DNA of 64,000 nt, from the NCBI GenBank assembly GCA_014384285.1, contig JACNGE010000014.1:72427-136426 (forward strand), in the 5' to 3' direction. A model generated the notes under the pieces. The model made no database searches. It was given only the letters and a program-made list of their open reading frames with translations, and had not been told where the DNA came from. The number at the start of each line of letters is the position of its first letter. Position 1 is the first letter of the stretch. This document shows, one piece after another, positions 28,071-39,013 of this stretch. Source of the stretch: Actinomycetota bacterium. GTDB lineage: Bacteria; Actinomycetota; Acidimicrobiia; Actinomarinales; Actinomarinaceae. The translations under genes were made by a program, and so were the position numbers.

Positions 28071-30104
28071 ATGCTAATTAATTCTATGATTGCCGCTGCT
28101 GCTGGTCTTGTGCTTGCAGCTTATTTTGCAAACAAGGTTTTATCAATCAAAGTAACTGATCCAAAAGTAGAAGAGCTTTCCAGTGCTATTAGAGAAGGCT
28201 CAATGGCCTTCTTAAAAAGGATGTATTCATGGATAAGTGTTTTTGTAGTAATATTAGCTATCTTAATTTCCACACTTACTGAGTGGGGATATCCATGGGG
28301 TTCAATTGCATTTGTCGGAGGAGCACTACTTTCTTCATTAGCAGGTTTTATTGGTATGAGAATAGCAACTGCTGCCAACGGAAGAACAACTGAAGCTGCA
28401 CGAGATGGAGGAACACTAAAAGCCTTACCCGTTGCATTTAGGGGTGGAGCTGTCATGGGATTCACAGTTGCAGGATTGGGGTTACTTGGAGTAGCTTCAG
28501 GTTATTGGCTTTTCATAGAGGTGTTAGATCTTCCAAACGGTTATGACGTGCTTGCAGCCATAGGTCTCGGAGGTTCTTCAATAGCTCTTTTCGCAAGAGT
28601 TGGTGGTGGAATTTATACAAAAGCTGCTGACGTAGGAGCAGATTTGGTCGGAAAAGTTGAAGCTGGAATTCCTGAAGACGATCCAAGAAACCCAGCAACT
28701 ATTGCAGATAATGTTGGAGATAATGTTGGAGATGTTGCAGGAATGGGTGCTGATCTTTTTGAAAGCTATGTAGGATCGTTGGTCGCACCTCTGGCGTATG
28801 CTGCAATTGTTTTTGCAGGACAAAGCGTACTTCCCTCATTGTTACTATTTCCTTTAGCCGTTGGAACAGTAGGTATGGGAGCATCAATCCTTTCTTCATT
28901 CTTGGTTGTTCCTAAAGAAGGAAAATTAGCACAAGCTCTTCATAGAGGTACCTACAGCGCAGCTGTGCTAACTGTTATTGGGGTTTACTTTTTGAGTGAC
29001 TATATGTTTTCAGATTATGCAGAAAATCCTATTGGTCTATTCTTTTCAGTAATTATTGGACTCGGAGTGGGACTGTTAGTTGGCCAAATATCAGAATGGT
29101 TCACTTCTGATCATTATTCAATTGTTAAAAACATTGCAGACCAAGCCAAAACTGGTCCGGCGACATTAGTTTTATCAGGTATATCCGAAGGTATGAGGTC
29201 AGCGGCATACTCTGTCGTTGTAGTTGTCTTTGGTATTTACGGTGCATACACAGCAGGAGACTGGGCGCTAGGAGCTGATGGTGGAATATATGGAATTGCC
29301 ATTGCTGCGATTGGAGTTTTATCTACATTGGGTATAACTGTAGCAGTAGATGCTTACGGTCCTATTGCTGACAATGCAGGTGGTATCGCTGAAATGGCTC
29401 ACCTTCCTCCAGAAGTAAGAGAGGCCACTGATGAATTAGATTCTTTAGGAAATACAACTGCAGCTATTGCCAAAGGATTTGCAATTGGTTCAGCAGCCGT
29501 TACTGCATTGGCTTTATTCTCAGCTTTTGTACAGAGTGCAGGTATTGAAAAATTAGACATAACAGAGGTAGAAGTTACCCTAGGTTTGTTTTTAGGTGGA
29601 ATGTTCCCATTTTTATTTGCAGCAATGACCATTAATGCAGTGGGTCGAGCAGCGTTTAAAATGATTGAAGAAGTTAGACGACAGTTCAACGAAATTCCAG
29701 GGTTAAGAGAAGGAAAAGAAGGTGTCGTACCCGACTATACAAAATGTGTAGACATAGCAACAACTGCTGCCTTAAAAGAGATGTTACTTCCTGGAGGATT
29801 AGCCATCGCCCTCCCATTAATAATTGGTTTTTGGGATAAAGAAGCTCTTGGAGGTTTCCTTGCTGGATCACTTGTTACAGGATTCCTTCTTGCAATCTTT
29901 ATGGCAAACTCAGGTGGTGCCTGGGATAATGCTAAAAAATATATTGAAGCTGGGGGTGGAGCCGGAAAAGGTTCAGATGAACACAAAGCCGCTGTTATTG
30001 GTGACACAATCGGAGATCCTTTTAAGGACACATCTGGCCCTGCGATGAATATAGTTATTAAAGTCATGACAATTGTAAGTTTGATATTTGCATCTGCTTT
30101 TTAA
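28071..30104 (+). CDS. hppA: Membrane-bound pyrophosphatase (H+- or Na+-translocating), K+-dependent subtype
   Basis: 677 aa with about 16 TM helices and V-PPase motifs (GGGIYTKAADVGADLVGKVE; DNVGDNVGD). GNTTAAIAKG has Ala at the K+-dependence position, which marks the K+-stimulated type. Confidence 0.9.
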   Translation: MLINSMIAAAAGLVLAAYFANKVLSIKVTDPKVEELSSAIREGSMAFLKRMYSWISVFVVILAILISTLTEWGYPWGSIAFVGGALLSSLAGFIGMRIATAANGRTTEAARDGGTLKALPVAFRGGAVMGFTVAGLGLLGVASGYWLFIEVLDLPNGYDVLAAIGLGGSSIALFARVGGGIYTKAADVGADLVGKVEAGIPEDDPRNPATIADNVGDNVGDVAGMGADLFESYVGSLVAPLAYAAIVFAGQSVLPSLLLFPLAVGTVGMGASILSSFLVVPKEGKLAQALHRGTYSAAVLTVIGVYFLSDYMFSDYAENPIGLFFSVIIGLGVGLLVGQISEWFTSDHYSIVKNIADQAKTGPATLVLSGISEGMRSAAYSVVVVVFGIYGAYTAGDWALGADGGIYGIAIAAIGVLSTLGITVAVDAYGPIADNAGGIAEMAHLPPEVREATDELDSLGNTTAAIAKGFAIGSAAVTALALFSAFVQSAGIEKLDITEVEVTLGLFLGGMFPFLFAAMTINAVGRAAFKMIEEVRRQFNEIPGLREGKEGVVPDYTKCVDIATTAALKEMLLPGGLAIALPLIIGFWDKEALGGFLAGSLVTGFLLAIFMANSGGAWDNAKKYIEAGGGAGKGSDEHKAAVIGDTIGDPFKDTSGPAMNIVIKVMTIVSLIFASAF

Positions 30105-30148
30105 ACCAATAAAAACAATTTAAAGACGTATAATATTACTCAGTACAA

Positions 30149-31219
30149 ATGAGAATATTACTAATAACTAATGACTGGCTTCCCAAAAAAGGGGGGATAA
30201 GTACATATTTAACAAACTTAGTTAATTCAGTTAATCACGAATTTTTAATTTATGCACCCCAGTGGGCAGAAGGCGAAAACCTAATAAGGTCATCTTCAGA
30301 CTTTCTCGTCAACAGGAAGGAATCCGTGGAAGAAATTATAGATATAGTTAAGAGTCAAAAGATAGACATTATTCTTCACGGCTCTAGCAATCCACAGTTT
30401 CTATTAGTAAACAAATTAGATCAAATTTCAAATCCTGATAATCCTAAAAATGCAAAAGTACCCCAGTACATGATTTGTCATGGCGCAGAATTTAATATAT
30501 TAAACTACATTCCAATTGTAAGAACTCTATTGAAAAGAAGTTTAAATAAATTGAACAAAATTTTTACAGTAAGTGAATTTTCTGCTAAAAAGCTTCAAGA
30601 TATTACAAGCACAGAAATTGTCAACATTGGTGCTGGTATTGATATACCAACTCAAAATAAAGAATTCATCAAAAATGAAGTCTTAAAGATTGGGGTCATG
30701 AGTCGTTTTGTATCCAGGAAAAAAATTGATTGGGTTATCGAAGCTGTGCACGAACTTAAAGAAAATGGTCATAATGTTGAGCTTGATATTTTAGGATTCG
30801 GTAAACAAAAAAATTATCTTCAGCGACTGTCCTCAGTATCATCAGCAAAAGTAAATTTTATTAGTGAAGAAAATGAAGAAGATACTAATTTTTATGAGAC
30901 TATAGACATTTTTGTTATGCCTTCAAAATCAAGATACTTTGGAGCTGAATTTGAAGGTCTTGGGCTAGTTTATCTTGAAGCTGCAAGTTACGGTCTACCC
31001 ACTTTAGTTGGTGCGTCTGGAGGATCGCCAGAAACTATAATCCCTGGTAAGTCAGGTTTTGTAGTTGGTAATAAAAAAGCAATAGTTGAAGGAATACTTT
31101 ATTTCATAGACAATCCAGATGAGCTTCAAAGATTTGGTCAGAAAAATAAAGAAAATGTACTCAGAAACTATAGCCTTGAAGTTTTTGCAGAGAAGTTTGA
31201 GAACGGCATAAAAGTTTGA
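30149..31219 (+). CDS. Glycosyltransferase family 4 (GT-B fold)
   Basis: 356 aa with a C-terminal GT1/GT4 donor-binding block (EGLGLVYLEAASYGLPTLVGASGGSPE). Confidence 0.75.
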   Translation: MRILLITNDWLPKKGGISTYLTNLVNSVNHEFLIYAPQWAEGENLIRSSSDFLVNRKESVEEIIDIVKSQKIDIILHGSSNPQFLLVNKLDQISNPDNPKNAKVPQYMICHGAEFNILNYIPIVRTLLKRSLNKLNKIFTVSEFSAKKLQDITSTEIVNIGAGIDIPTQNKEFIKNEVLKIGVMSRFVSRKKIDWVIEAVHELKENGHNVELDILGFGKQKNYLQRLSSVSSAKVNFISEENEEDTNFYETIDIFVMPSKSRYFGAEFEGLGLVYLEAASYGLPTLVGASGGSPETIIPGKSGFVVGNKKAIVEGILYFIDNPDELQRFGQKNKENVLRNYSLEVFAEKFENGIKV

Positions 31220-31231
31220 TCTATTTTTTAT

Positions 31232-33922
31232 CTAGTCTGAAGCACCATCTCCAAACAAATTTAGAATTTCTTCTTCTGTGACTGTTATTGCCATCCGTTG
31301 ACTTTCTAGAGCCTTATTTTTCTTTTCAATCAAAATTTTATTTGTTAAATTATCTTTTGTAGCATCTTCTGCCTTCATCCTAAATCTTCCTCTATAAAAA
31401 ACGATGTCTAAAAGTTTTGCAAGCTCAACCAAGTTCTCTTTTGAGAGTTTCTTTATCTTTTTTTCATCAAGATTAAAGTGTTCAGAAATCATTTCTAGCA
31501 TATTTTGTTTCGAAGCAGATTTTGGGAGTTTTAATATTTCTCCTCCTAGAAAATTAGAAATCTTTCTATATTTATCTTCTTCAATTAAATTCCTTATCTC
31601 ATCTTTAGACATACTCTTTAGTTCCTCAAGGTCGAATACTGTTCTTGACCTTTGTTTCATTGCATAGCCACCGTAGGGGCCAACAGCCGATGAGTATGTC
31701 CAACTATCCTTAGTTGCTACTTTTCTTGGATTTTTTGCAGATAGAGAGAATCTATTGATACTTTCTTCTGCTGAAATAGTATCAGGATTTTCATCTTCAA
31801 ATATTGGACCAATTAAATTTTTATAAATGCACTTTTTCTGACGAACTCCTTTTTGTTTAACTCCGTGTTGGATATAAAATCCCCCATTTGGTCCAAGCTT
31901 TATATATATGGATGAATCGCACTCGGGACATTCGCTGACAGTTCTTTCTTTTTGTAAACTTTCTTCTTGTTTCTCTTCCAAATCCTTTATGTATTCATCA
32001 CTTACTTCTTCTAAGGCTATATCTGGATTAAGGCCTACTTTAAAATCATCATCCCGAAGCAAGTATGGATATGGAACTTTACCCACAATTCTTCCAGTTT
32101 TTACAACATATCTTGACTCAAAGGGAAGATTAATAGAAGTTAAAGTAAGAGGATCTTGAACACCGTACTTATTAATATGATCTTCTATTGTTTTATGTGA
32201 TTTTTCTAAAAACTCAATTTTAGATTGTTGAGGATCTTCGCTTTCTAGAATTTCATCAAGACTATCTTCCATTGATTTAGAAAATTCATAATCAATGTAT
32301 TTATTAAAATATGGCTTCATAAAATTATTTATTAAAGCCATTGCAAGTATTCTTGGTTTAAGACTTGATTCAGAATTAATAAAAACAGAAGTAATACTTT
32401 CAATAATAGATACATATGTAGAGGGTCTTCCAATACCTAATTCTTCAAGTTTGTTAATTAATGAAGTAGAGGAGTATCTATTTGGGGGGTTAGTAAATTT
32501 TTCCTCACCTTCACAAGTTAAAATATTTACTGTGTCACCTTGAGATAAATTTGGTAGCTCCTGAGATTTTTCTGCAGCATTTTTGATTAAGTCTCTATAT
32601 CCTCCGAATGTCCAAGTAGTTCCAGATATTCCTAATATTATGGGCCCATATTTTTCATCATTGACTTTAATATCTATAGATTTTGTTATCCCTTTTGCAT
32701 CTGTCATTTGAGAAGCCACAGTTGTATTAAAAATTAGACTATAAAGTTTAAATTCATCGCTATCTTCCTTATGCGTTGACAACAACTCAGAGGGAGTTGT
32801 AAACACCTCACCAGATGGTCTAATTGCTTCGTGTGCAGCCTGTGCATTGCTGCTATCCCCAAAGTAGTTAGGCTTTTCAGGAAGATGGTTGCTTGAAAAA
32901 TTTTGTGAAATAAAATTTCTAGATGCTTTTATAGCTACATCCGACAATCTTATTGAATCTGTTCTCATGTAGGTAATTAATCCTTCTTGATAAAGCCTTT
33001 GAGCGATTCCCATTGTTTTTCTTGGTTGAAAGCCAAGGTTGCTTCTTGCAGAAGTTTGAAGACTGGTTGTTTTTAAAGGCTTTGGCGGCTTTCCACTCCT
33101 AGAAGACTCTTTGATTGAGGAAATAGTAGCTTCTATATTGGTTAGCTTTTCTACTATTTCGCTTGTTTCTTCTTCTGAAAGATATTTTTTTTCTAGACTA
33201 GTTTTGTTACCATTTTGATCAAAGTCACTTGATGATGCCAGTCTCTTATTTTCAACTTTTTTTAAACTTGCATTAAATTCAAAATCTCCACTCGTACACC
33301 TTGTTGAAATCTCAAAATATTGTGATGGTATAAATTTGATTCTCTCTTCTTCTCTTTCGACAATAAGCCTAATTGCTGGACCTTGGACCCTACCAGTAGA
33401 AATAAATGCCCCACCCAAGTCTCTTACTTTGGGTGATATTTCATATCCAATCATTCTGTCAAGAGTTCTCCTTGCCTCATAAGATTGAAATTTTCCTATA
33501 TCGATTTTTTCTGGGTTATTAACAGCATTAATTACTGCGGTTGGTGTAATCTCATTAAATTTAATTCTTTTTGGTTCATTTTTTAAATCAAGTGCCTCTT
33601 TTAAATGAAATGCAATTGCCTCACCCTCTCTGTCGTCATCTGTAGCAAGGTATATTTCAGGTGCTTCATCAGCTAACTTTTTAAGTTCACTAACGATCTT
33701 TTTTCTGTCATCAGGAATCACATATATATTTTCGAAATTATCAGGTTTTACAGCTCCCCATAAAATGTCTTTGTTTGAGTAGTTAGAAGGTATTGATTTT
33801 GCATTTCTAGGCAGATCTCTTATATGTCCAACGCTAGATTTCACTATATATTCAGAACCAAGTATTTTAGAAATAGTTTTTACTTTTGTTGGCGACTCAA
33901 CAATTACTAAAGGTTTTGACAT
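31232..33922 (-). CDS. topA: DNA topoisomerase I
   Basis: 896 aa with an N-terminal Toprim domain (LVIVESPTKVKTI, DDDREGEAIAFH), the type IA core and a Lys-rich C-terminal tail. Confidence 0.95.
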   Translation of the reverse strand: MSKPLVIVESPTKVKTISKILGSEYIVKSSVGHIRDLPRNAKSIPSNYSNKDILWGAVKPDNFENIYVIPDDRKKIVSELKKLADEAPEIYLATDDDREGEAIAFHLKEALDLKNEPKRIKFNEITPTAVINAVNNPEKIDIGKFQSYEARRTLDRMIGYEISPKVRDLGGAFISTGRVQGPAIRLIVEREEERIKFIPSQYFEISTRCTSGDFEFNASLKKVENKRLASSSDFDQNGNKTSLEKKYLSEEETSEIVEKLTNIEATISSIKESSRSGKPPKPLKTTSLQTSARSNLGFQPRKTMGIAQRLYQEGLITYMRTDSIRLSDVAIKASRNFISQNFSSNHLPEKPNYFGDSSNAQAAHEAIRPSGEVFTTPSELLSTHKEDSDEFKLYSLIFNTTVASQMTDAKGITKSIDIKVNDEKYGPIILGISGTTWTFGGYRDLIKNAAEKSQELPNLSQGDTVNILTCEGEEKFTNPPNRYSSTSLINKLEELGIGRPSTYVSIIESITSVFINSESSLKPRILAMALINNFMKPYFNKYIDYEFSKSMEDSLDEILESEDPQQSKIEFLEKSHKTIEDHINKYGVQDPLTLTSINLPFESRYVVKTGRIVGKVPYPYLLRDDDFKVGLNPDIALEEVSDEYIKDLEEKQEESLQKERTVSECPECDSSIYIKLGPNGGFYIQHGVKQKGVRQKKCIYKNLIGPIFEDENPDTISAEESINRFSLSAKNPRKVATKDSWTYSSAVGPYGGYAMKQRSRTVFDLEELKSMSKDEIRNLIEEDKYRKISNFLGGEILKLPKSASKQNMLEMISEHFNLDEKKIKKLSKENLVELAKLLDIVFYRGRFRMKAEDATKDNLTNKILIEKKNKALESQRMAITVTEEEILNLFGDGASD

Positions 33923-34005
33923 GTCACCATTTTTAACATCATTTTTTTAATATGTATAGAATTTTTAAAAAAAAGTATTTTTAATTCCTTTTAAGATGTA
34001 ATTAA

Positions 34006-35337
34006 GTGAATAAAGTTAAAATATTTTCAAAATCTCAATTCTCAATTTTGTGGTGGTCAGGGTCTCTGTCCAGCTTTGGAGACTGGGCTACTCTATTCGC
34101 ATCTGTAGCACTTGCAAGTAAATTAGGTTCTGAAAGTGGTAATTCTGAAATCACTGCAGTTGTGCCGGTAGTTGCCAGAATTATTCCAGCTTTTCTATCA
34201 TCATTTGCTGGTTTAATGGCGGACAGATTAAATAAAAAAAATATAATGATTTTTTCAGATTTATCACGGATGGTAATTGTTCTTTTCTTGTTTTTCGCAA
34301 CAAGCCTGTTTCAGCTTTTTATAATCAATTTTTTAACCGAAATTTTTTCACTCATGAGACACCCCTCACGTGAATCTGTAGTTCCAGAATTAGTTAGTAA
34401 AGAGAATCTTGTTAAAGCTAACTCATTATTTGCTATAGGCACATATGCTACTCTGCCAATTGCGTCTATATTTTTTGCATTAATTGCAGATATAAGAGTC
34501 CCTGCTTTCATAACAAACTTTGGAAATGGATGGTCAGGATCAATAATCTTTTTATTCGACGCAGCAACATTTATGTTTTCGGCCTATCTTCTACTATTTT
34601 TAAATACCAAAAGCACCAAGACCTCACAAGAAACTCAGGGATTTGCTTTGAAAGAATTTAAGGAAGGTTTAAATTATTTCTTTAGCAACTATGAGATACG
34701 CAACATAACAGTGTCAATTTCTCTTAGCTTATTTGCTGCAGGATCTCTTTTTATATTAGGTCATACTTTTCTTACAGTTGATTTAGGTTTTACAGAAAGC
34801 TCCTTTGGCTTTATGATCGCTTCATTTGGTACAGGGATTATTTTTAGCATGGTTACATTCAGCTATTTTATAAGTTCATTCTCAAGAGTTAGTTTTGTAA
34901 TTGGCTTGTGTATGCTATCAACTGGCATTTCCTTATATACCGCATTCATATCTACTGAATTCACAAATATATTGCTTTCAATATTTATTTCTGGAGTTGG
35001 AACTGGAGGGGTCTATCTTCTTACGATAAGTTTTTTGCAGGCAACTACTGATCAAGAAATGAGAGGCAGGGTGTTTGGAAATTTTTATACAATTGGAAGA
35101 ATCGCTCTTCTTCTTTCTTTTTTAACTTCAGGCCTAGCCGCAAACTATTTGGATTCATTATTTTTGAGCAGCGGAGTGGAAAGTGTTCTAAAAATAAGCT
35201 CTCTATTAATTTTTATATCTGGATTAATAACATTTATTTCAAGTTATAAAAAGATATTTAAAGAGTTTGGTATTGAAAATTCTAATTTTAATAATATTAA
35301 ATTAGACTTTAACTCTAAAGAGGATGAACCAGATTGA
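34006..35337 (+). CDS. MFS transporter
   Basis: 443 aa with 12 or more TM helices. Confidence 0.6.
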   Translation: MNKVKIFSKSQFSILWWSGSLSSFGDWATLFASVALASKLGSESGNSEITAVVPVVARIIPAFLSSFAGLMADRLNKKNIMIFSDLSRMVIVLFLFFATSLFQLFIINFLTEIFSLMRHPSRESVVPELVSKENLVKANSLFAIGTYATLPIASIFFALIADIRVPAFITNFGNGWSGSIIFLFDAATFMFSAYLLLFLNTKSTKTSQETQGFALKEFKEGLNYFFSNYEIRNITVSISLSLFAAGSLFILGHTFLTVDLGFTESSFGFMIASFGTGIIFSMVTFSYFISSFSRVSFVIGLCMLSTGISLYTAFISTEFTNILLSIFISGVGTGGVYLLTISFLQATTDQEMRGRVFGNFYTIGRIALLLSFLTSGLAANYLDSLFLSSGVESVLKISSLLIFISGLITFISSYKKIFKEFGIENSNFNNIKLDFNSKEDEPD

Positions 35338-35942
35338 ATTGTAATTACTTAGCTTTTGAGGGTATAGATGGATCAGGAAAAACAACTTTTATCGAAGAGG
35401 TTTCTAAAGAGCTGATCAAGTCAAATATTGGATTCAAAATTGTAAGAGAACCTGGTGGCACAAAACTTGGTGAAGGCATTAGAGAACTTTTACTAAGTCA
35501 CGACTACCGGGTAGATCCAACCTCCGAAGCCCTTCTTTTTAGCGCAAGCAGAGCACAGTTGATTGAAGAAGTTGTAAAACCAACCATAGAAAAAGGGGAA
35601 GTGGTTATTACTGATAGATCTGCTTACTCTTCAGTAGCTTATCAGGGAGTTGGAAGAGGATTGGGCTATAAAGAAGTATACGATTTAAATGATTTTGCAA
35701 TAAAAAGTTTTTGGCCACAAAAGGTAATACTTCTAGACATTGACCCAGAAATATCTCTCTCAAGACAGAAAGTTGCTGACCGAATTGGTAGTGATCAAGT
35801 CAGTTTTTTTAATAAAGTTAGAGAAGGATATCTTGAGTTAGCAGATGAGTTCAGTGAGAAATTTCTAGTTTTAAATGCAGAAGACAAACAGGAAGAAAAT
35901 TTTACTAAAGTATCCAAGTGGTTAAATCTTGCAAAACCTTAA
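35334..35942 (+). CDS. tmk: Thymidylate kinase
   Basis: 202 aa with a P-loop (FEGIDGSGKTT) and a DRS/LID region. It overlaps the upstream gene by 4 nt. Confidence 0.9.
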   Translation: MNCNYLAFEGIDGSGKTTFIEEVSKELIKSNIGFKIVREPGGTKLGEGIRELLLSHDYRVDPTSEALLFSASRAQLIEEVVKPTIEKGEVVITDRSAYSSVAYQGVGRGLGYKEVYDLNDFAIKSFWPQKVILLDIDPEISLSRQKVADRIGSDQVSFFNKVREGYLELADEFSEKFLVLNAEDKQEENFTKVSKWLNLAKP

Positions 35943-36795
35943 CCCAAAACTTCTCAATGAAAGCTCATCACCCTTTCATGCATACTTACTACTTTCAAAC
36001 TCATCAAAATATGTATTTGAACAGGCATTACAATTTGCCTCAATTACTAGCCTTTCACAGGAATCTACGTTAGAGCATCCGGATGTAAGAGTTATTGAAT
36101 CAGAAAATATAAACACAATTGGAATTGAAAATGTAAGAGATATTTTAAATAAAGACAACTTGTCACCTGTCTCTGGAAAATACAAGATCATCATCTTTCC
36201 ACCATATAAATCGCTTACAGAAGAAGCATCGAATGCATTGTTGAAGACCTTAGAAGAGCCATCAGAGTCAAGTATCTTCATCCTCACTTCCACAGGTAAT
36301 TTTTGGTCTCACGCAAAAGATGACTCAAATATGGGGATAATAAATACTATAAAAAGTCGTTGTAGAACAATTTTTATTGAGTCTGAAGAGCTAGCTAATT
36401 ATGACTTCTCAGTAGAAGATTTCTTAAATTTTGCAGATATTAAAGATTTTTCTTCCAAAGCAGACACCTCAAAAATAAATAGTTTAGTAAATATATTGCG
36501 AGAATTAACTCAACCTCAAACATCATCAAGCAAAAATATGTTTAACTTTCAAACACTACTAAAAAATATAAAAGAGATTCAGCTAGATTTTGAAGATTCT
36601 ACCGCTTCTTTTACAAACAAATTGCTCACAAGGTCACTGGAATACCTTGTGAGGTCAATCCTATCTTCTGACCAAATTGTGAAATCACAATATAGGTATT
36701 GTGAAAATTTACAAATTGCTATAGAAGATATTCAACAAGGCGTAAGAGATGCCATTGTCCTAAATAATTTATCTGTAGAGGTAGCAAAAATATGA
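35929..36795 (+). CDS. holB: DNA polymerase III subunit delta-prime
   Basis: 288 aa directly after tmk, the usual tmk-holB pairing. It has the HAYLL motif and the clamp-loader sensor block NALLKTLEEPSESSIFIL, and its P-loop is degenerate. Confidence 0.65.
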   Translation: MQNLNPKLLNESSSPFHAYLLLSNSSKYVFEQALQFASITSLSQESTLEHPDVRVIESENINTIGIENVRDILNKDNLSPVSGKYKIIIFPPYKSLTEEASNALLKTLEEPSESSIFILTSTGNFWSHAKDDSNMGIINTIKSRCRTIFIESEELANYDFSVEDFLNFADIKDFSSKADTSKINSLVNILRELTQPQTSSSKNMFNFQTLLKNIKEIQLDFEDSTASFTNKLLTRSLEYLVRSILSSDQIVKSQYRYCENLQIAIEDIQQGVRDAIVLNNLSVEVAKI

Positions 36796-37628
36796 GTAAT
36801 TTAATACTTTTGGGAACAGGGTGCCCAAGTCCAAGTAGTTTAAGGTACGGCCCAAGCACATTACTTGTTCATAACGAAAAAAATTATCTCTTTGACTGTG
36901 GATCAGGTGTTACGCAAAGGTTAAGTGAAGCAGGAATTAAATCTTCAGAAATCGATGTAGTATTTATAACACACTTGCACTCAGATCATATCATGGATCT
37001 TTATCAGCTATATATATCTGGGTGGCATCAGGGACGAAATACTAAATTCAGAGTCATAGGACCAAAAGGTATCAAATCCTTTTTTAAAAATATTCTTAAA
37101 GCATTTGAACAGGAACTTAAAGGCAGAGTTCAGTGGGAAAAAAGACCAAACATAGAGGGTTTAAATTTTGATATTACTGAGATTGATTCCAGCTTCCTTT
37201 TTTCTACCCATGGTTTAGTTGTAAAACCTTTTGAAGTTGACCATTACCCAGTAGTGCCAGCATATGGTTATCAAATTAAACATTTAGATGATAGTGTAGA
37301 AAAAATACTTGTAGTATCTGGAGACACAAGAAAAAGTGAGAGTTTAATCCAAAATGCAATGGAGGCGAACGTGCTACTGCACGAAGTTTTTGTAGACTTA
37401 CAATTTGATCAATACAGGATGTCAAAAGAGACAATAAAAAATGTTAGTGATTACCACACAAGCCCAAAAGAAATTGGAGAAATTGCTAAAACTGCAAATG
37501 TAAAGAAGTTAGTTTTAACTCACTTTGTGCCCCCAGTTTTTGATAAAGCAAAATTATTGAAAGATATTTCGCAATCTTATGAAGGTGAAATCATTATCGG
37601 AGAGGACTTGATGTCCATTAAAATTTGA
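36792..37628 (+). CDS. MBL-fold metallo-hydrolase (RNase Z/ElaC-like)
   Basis: 278 aa with the HLHSDH metal-binding motif and conserved downstream His/Asp residues. Confidence 0.7.
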   Translation: MSNLILLGTGCPSPSSLRYGPSTLLVHNEKNYLFDCGSGVTQRLSEAGIKSSEIDVVFITHLHSDHIMDLYQLYISGWHQGRNTKFRVIGPKGIKSFFKNILKAFEQELKGRVQWEKRPNIEGLNFDITEIDSSFLFSTHGLVVKPFEVDHYPVVPAYGYQIKHLDDSVEKILVVSGDTRKSESLIQNAMEANVLLHEVFVDLQFDQYRMSKETIKNVSDYHTSPKEIGEIAKTANVKKLVLTHFVPPVFDKAKLLKDISQSYEGEIIIGEDLMSIKI

Positions 37629-37635
37629 GTTCAAG

Positions 37636-38811
37636 TTAAAAGTTATTTAAATTAACAAATTTTTTAATATTAAAAATTAGATAAGCTCCAACTGCTAGAC
37701 CAAAATAAATTAGACCTGTATAGCCAATATTTAAATAGGTAAATCCCAGACTAATATGAGCAATTGCGCTGCCAACAAATACTAAACTATCGCTTTTTAT
37801 ATTTAGGTTTATAGAATTGCTAATTGAATAATCTGATATAGCTGAGCTTATTGCAATATATGTAAAGTTCCAACCTAGACCAAGAAGATAAAGGCCAATT
37901 TTTAAAAATAAAACATTGGTATTAAACAATGAAACGGTACAACTAAGAATCAGTATAAGACTGCCGATTATTGCGAATAAGTTTGATCCATATTTATCAA
38001 CTAATTTTCCAAGAATGGGAGATAATAAAAACATACCCAATGTGTGGTAGCTTATAATTGCTCCAACAAGTTTTATTGTTTCACCTATATCTTGCACGTG
38101 CAAAGGTGTTGCAGACATAATTAAAACCATAACAAAATGATTTAAAACTAAAATTCTTGTTAATAATTTTGCAGTTCCATCTAGCTGGGAAAGCTTAACT
38201 TTATTTTCAGGGATCAACTTTTTATTTAAAGTACTTTCTTTTTGGGAAAACAAAAGCACTGACATGCCAGCAAGAAACATTCCAAATGTAGCAATAAAAT
38301 ATCCAACAATAAGATCAGATCCAAACCACTTATTAAATATTTCTGAATACTCTCCAACTAATCGAGGGCCAAATACAGATCCAAATACTGAAAACCATAC
38401 AGCCAGAGACAGAGCAGTTGCTTTAAAGCTTTCTGATGCGACAAATGATGCAACATACCTAGTTTGAAGTGCTGCAGATTGACCTATACCCAATACAAAA
38501 GCTCCAAAAAGTAATAATATAAATGAGTCAATAAATAAAGAGTAAACCTGAATAAGCCCACCAACACTTCCAATAAGAAAGGTGTTAGATAGCGCTTTAT
38601 TTTTTGAGTATCTTTGAGACATTTTATCAAACATTTGTGTACCGATAACTGCACCTCCAACACCAACAGCATTAGGGAACCCAATTAGATATGGATTTGA
38701 GGTGACTTCCCGAGCAGCTAATACTGTAATCGTTACAGCAGCGATAAATCCAGTTGAGGAAAATGCAACTGAAAGCAAAAGATGGAATATTTTTTTAATT
38801 TCTAAGACCAC
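37636..38811 (-). CDS. MFS transporter
   Basis: 391 aa with 12 TM helices. Confidence 0.6.
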   Translation of the reverse strand: MVLEIKKIFHLLLSVAFSSTGFIAAVTITVLAAREVTSNPYLIGFPNAVGVGGAVIGTQMFDKMSQRYSKNKALSNTFLIGSVGGLIQVYSLFIDSFILLLFGAFVLGIGQSAALQTRYVASFVASESFKATALSLAVWFSVFGSVFGPRLVGEYSEIFNKWFGSDLIVGYFIATFGMFLAGMSVLLFSQKESTLNKKLIPENKVKLSQLDGTAKLLTRILVLNHFVMVLIMSATPLHVQDIGETIKLVGAIISYHTLGMFLLSPILGKLVDKYGSNLFAIIGSLILILSCTVSLFNTNVLFLKIGLYLLGLGWNFTYIAISSAISDYSISNSINLNIKSDSLVFVGSAIAHISLGFTYLNIGYTGLIYFGLAVGAYLIFNIKKFVNLNNF

Positions 38812-38889
38812 AGATAAAGAATAACGAAATTTGTTGTTTATAAATTATTTTCTAAAAGTAATTGTAAAAATTTTGAGCTACATTAGCAT

Positions 38890-38956
38890 TATCTTGCATG
38901 AAGAGAGGGTAACCTCAGCAACCTAGAAAGCAAACAAAGGTGCTAGAGATGCGGTT
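38890..38956 (+). promoter_or_regulatory. SAM-riboswitch-like aptamer (SAM-I/SAM-IV superfamily core blocks) in the metK leader
   Basis: GCATGAAGAGAGGGTAACCTCAGCAACC...AAGGTGCTAGAGATGCGG is homologous, block by block, to a second element upstream of metY. It has AAGAGAGG after P1, a short hairpin followed by CAGCAACC, an AAGGTGC block and a GAGATG P1 3' strand. A U6 tract and a CCUUCC anti-SD-like run follow, upstream of the AAGGAG SD. Confidence 0.6.
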
Positions 38957-39013
38957 TTTTAAAACAAAAAATATGCTACCTTCCTTCATAAACATTTTAA
39001 GTAAGGAGAGCTT

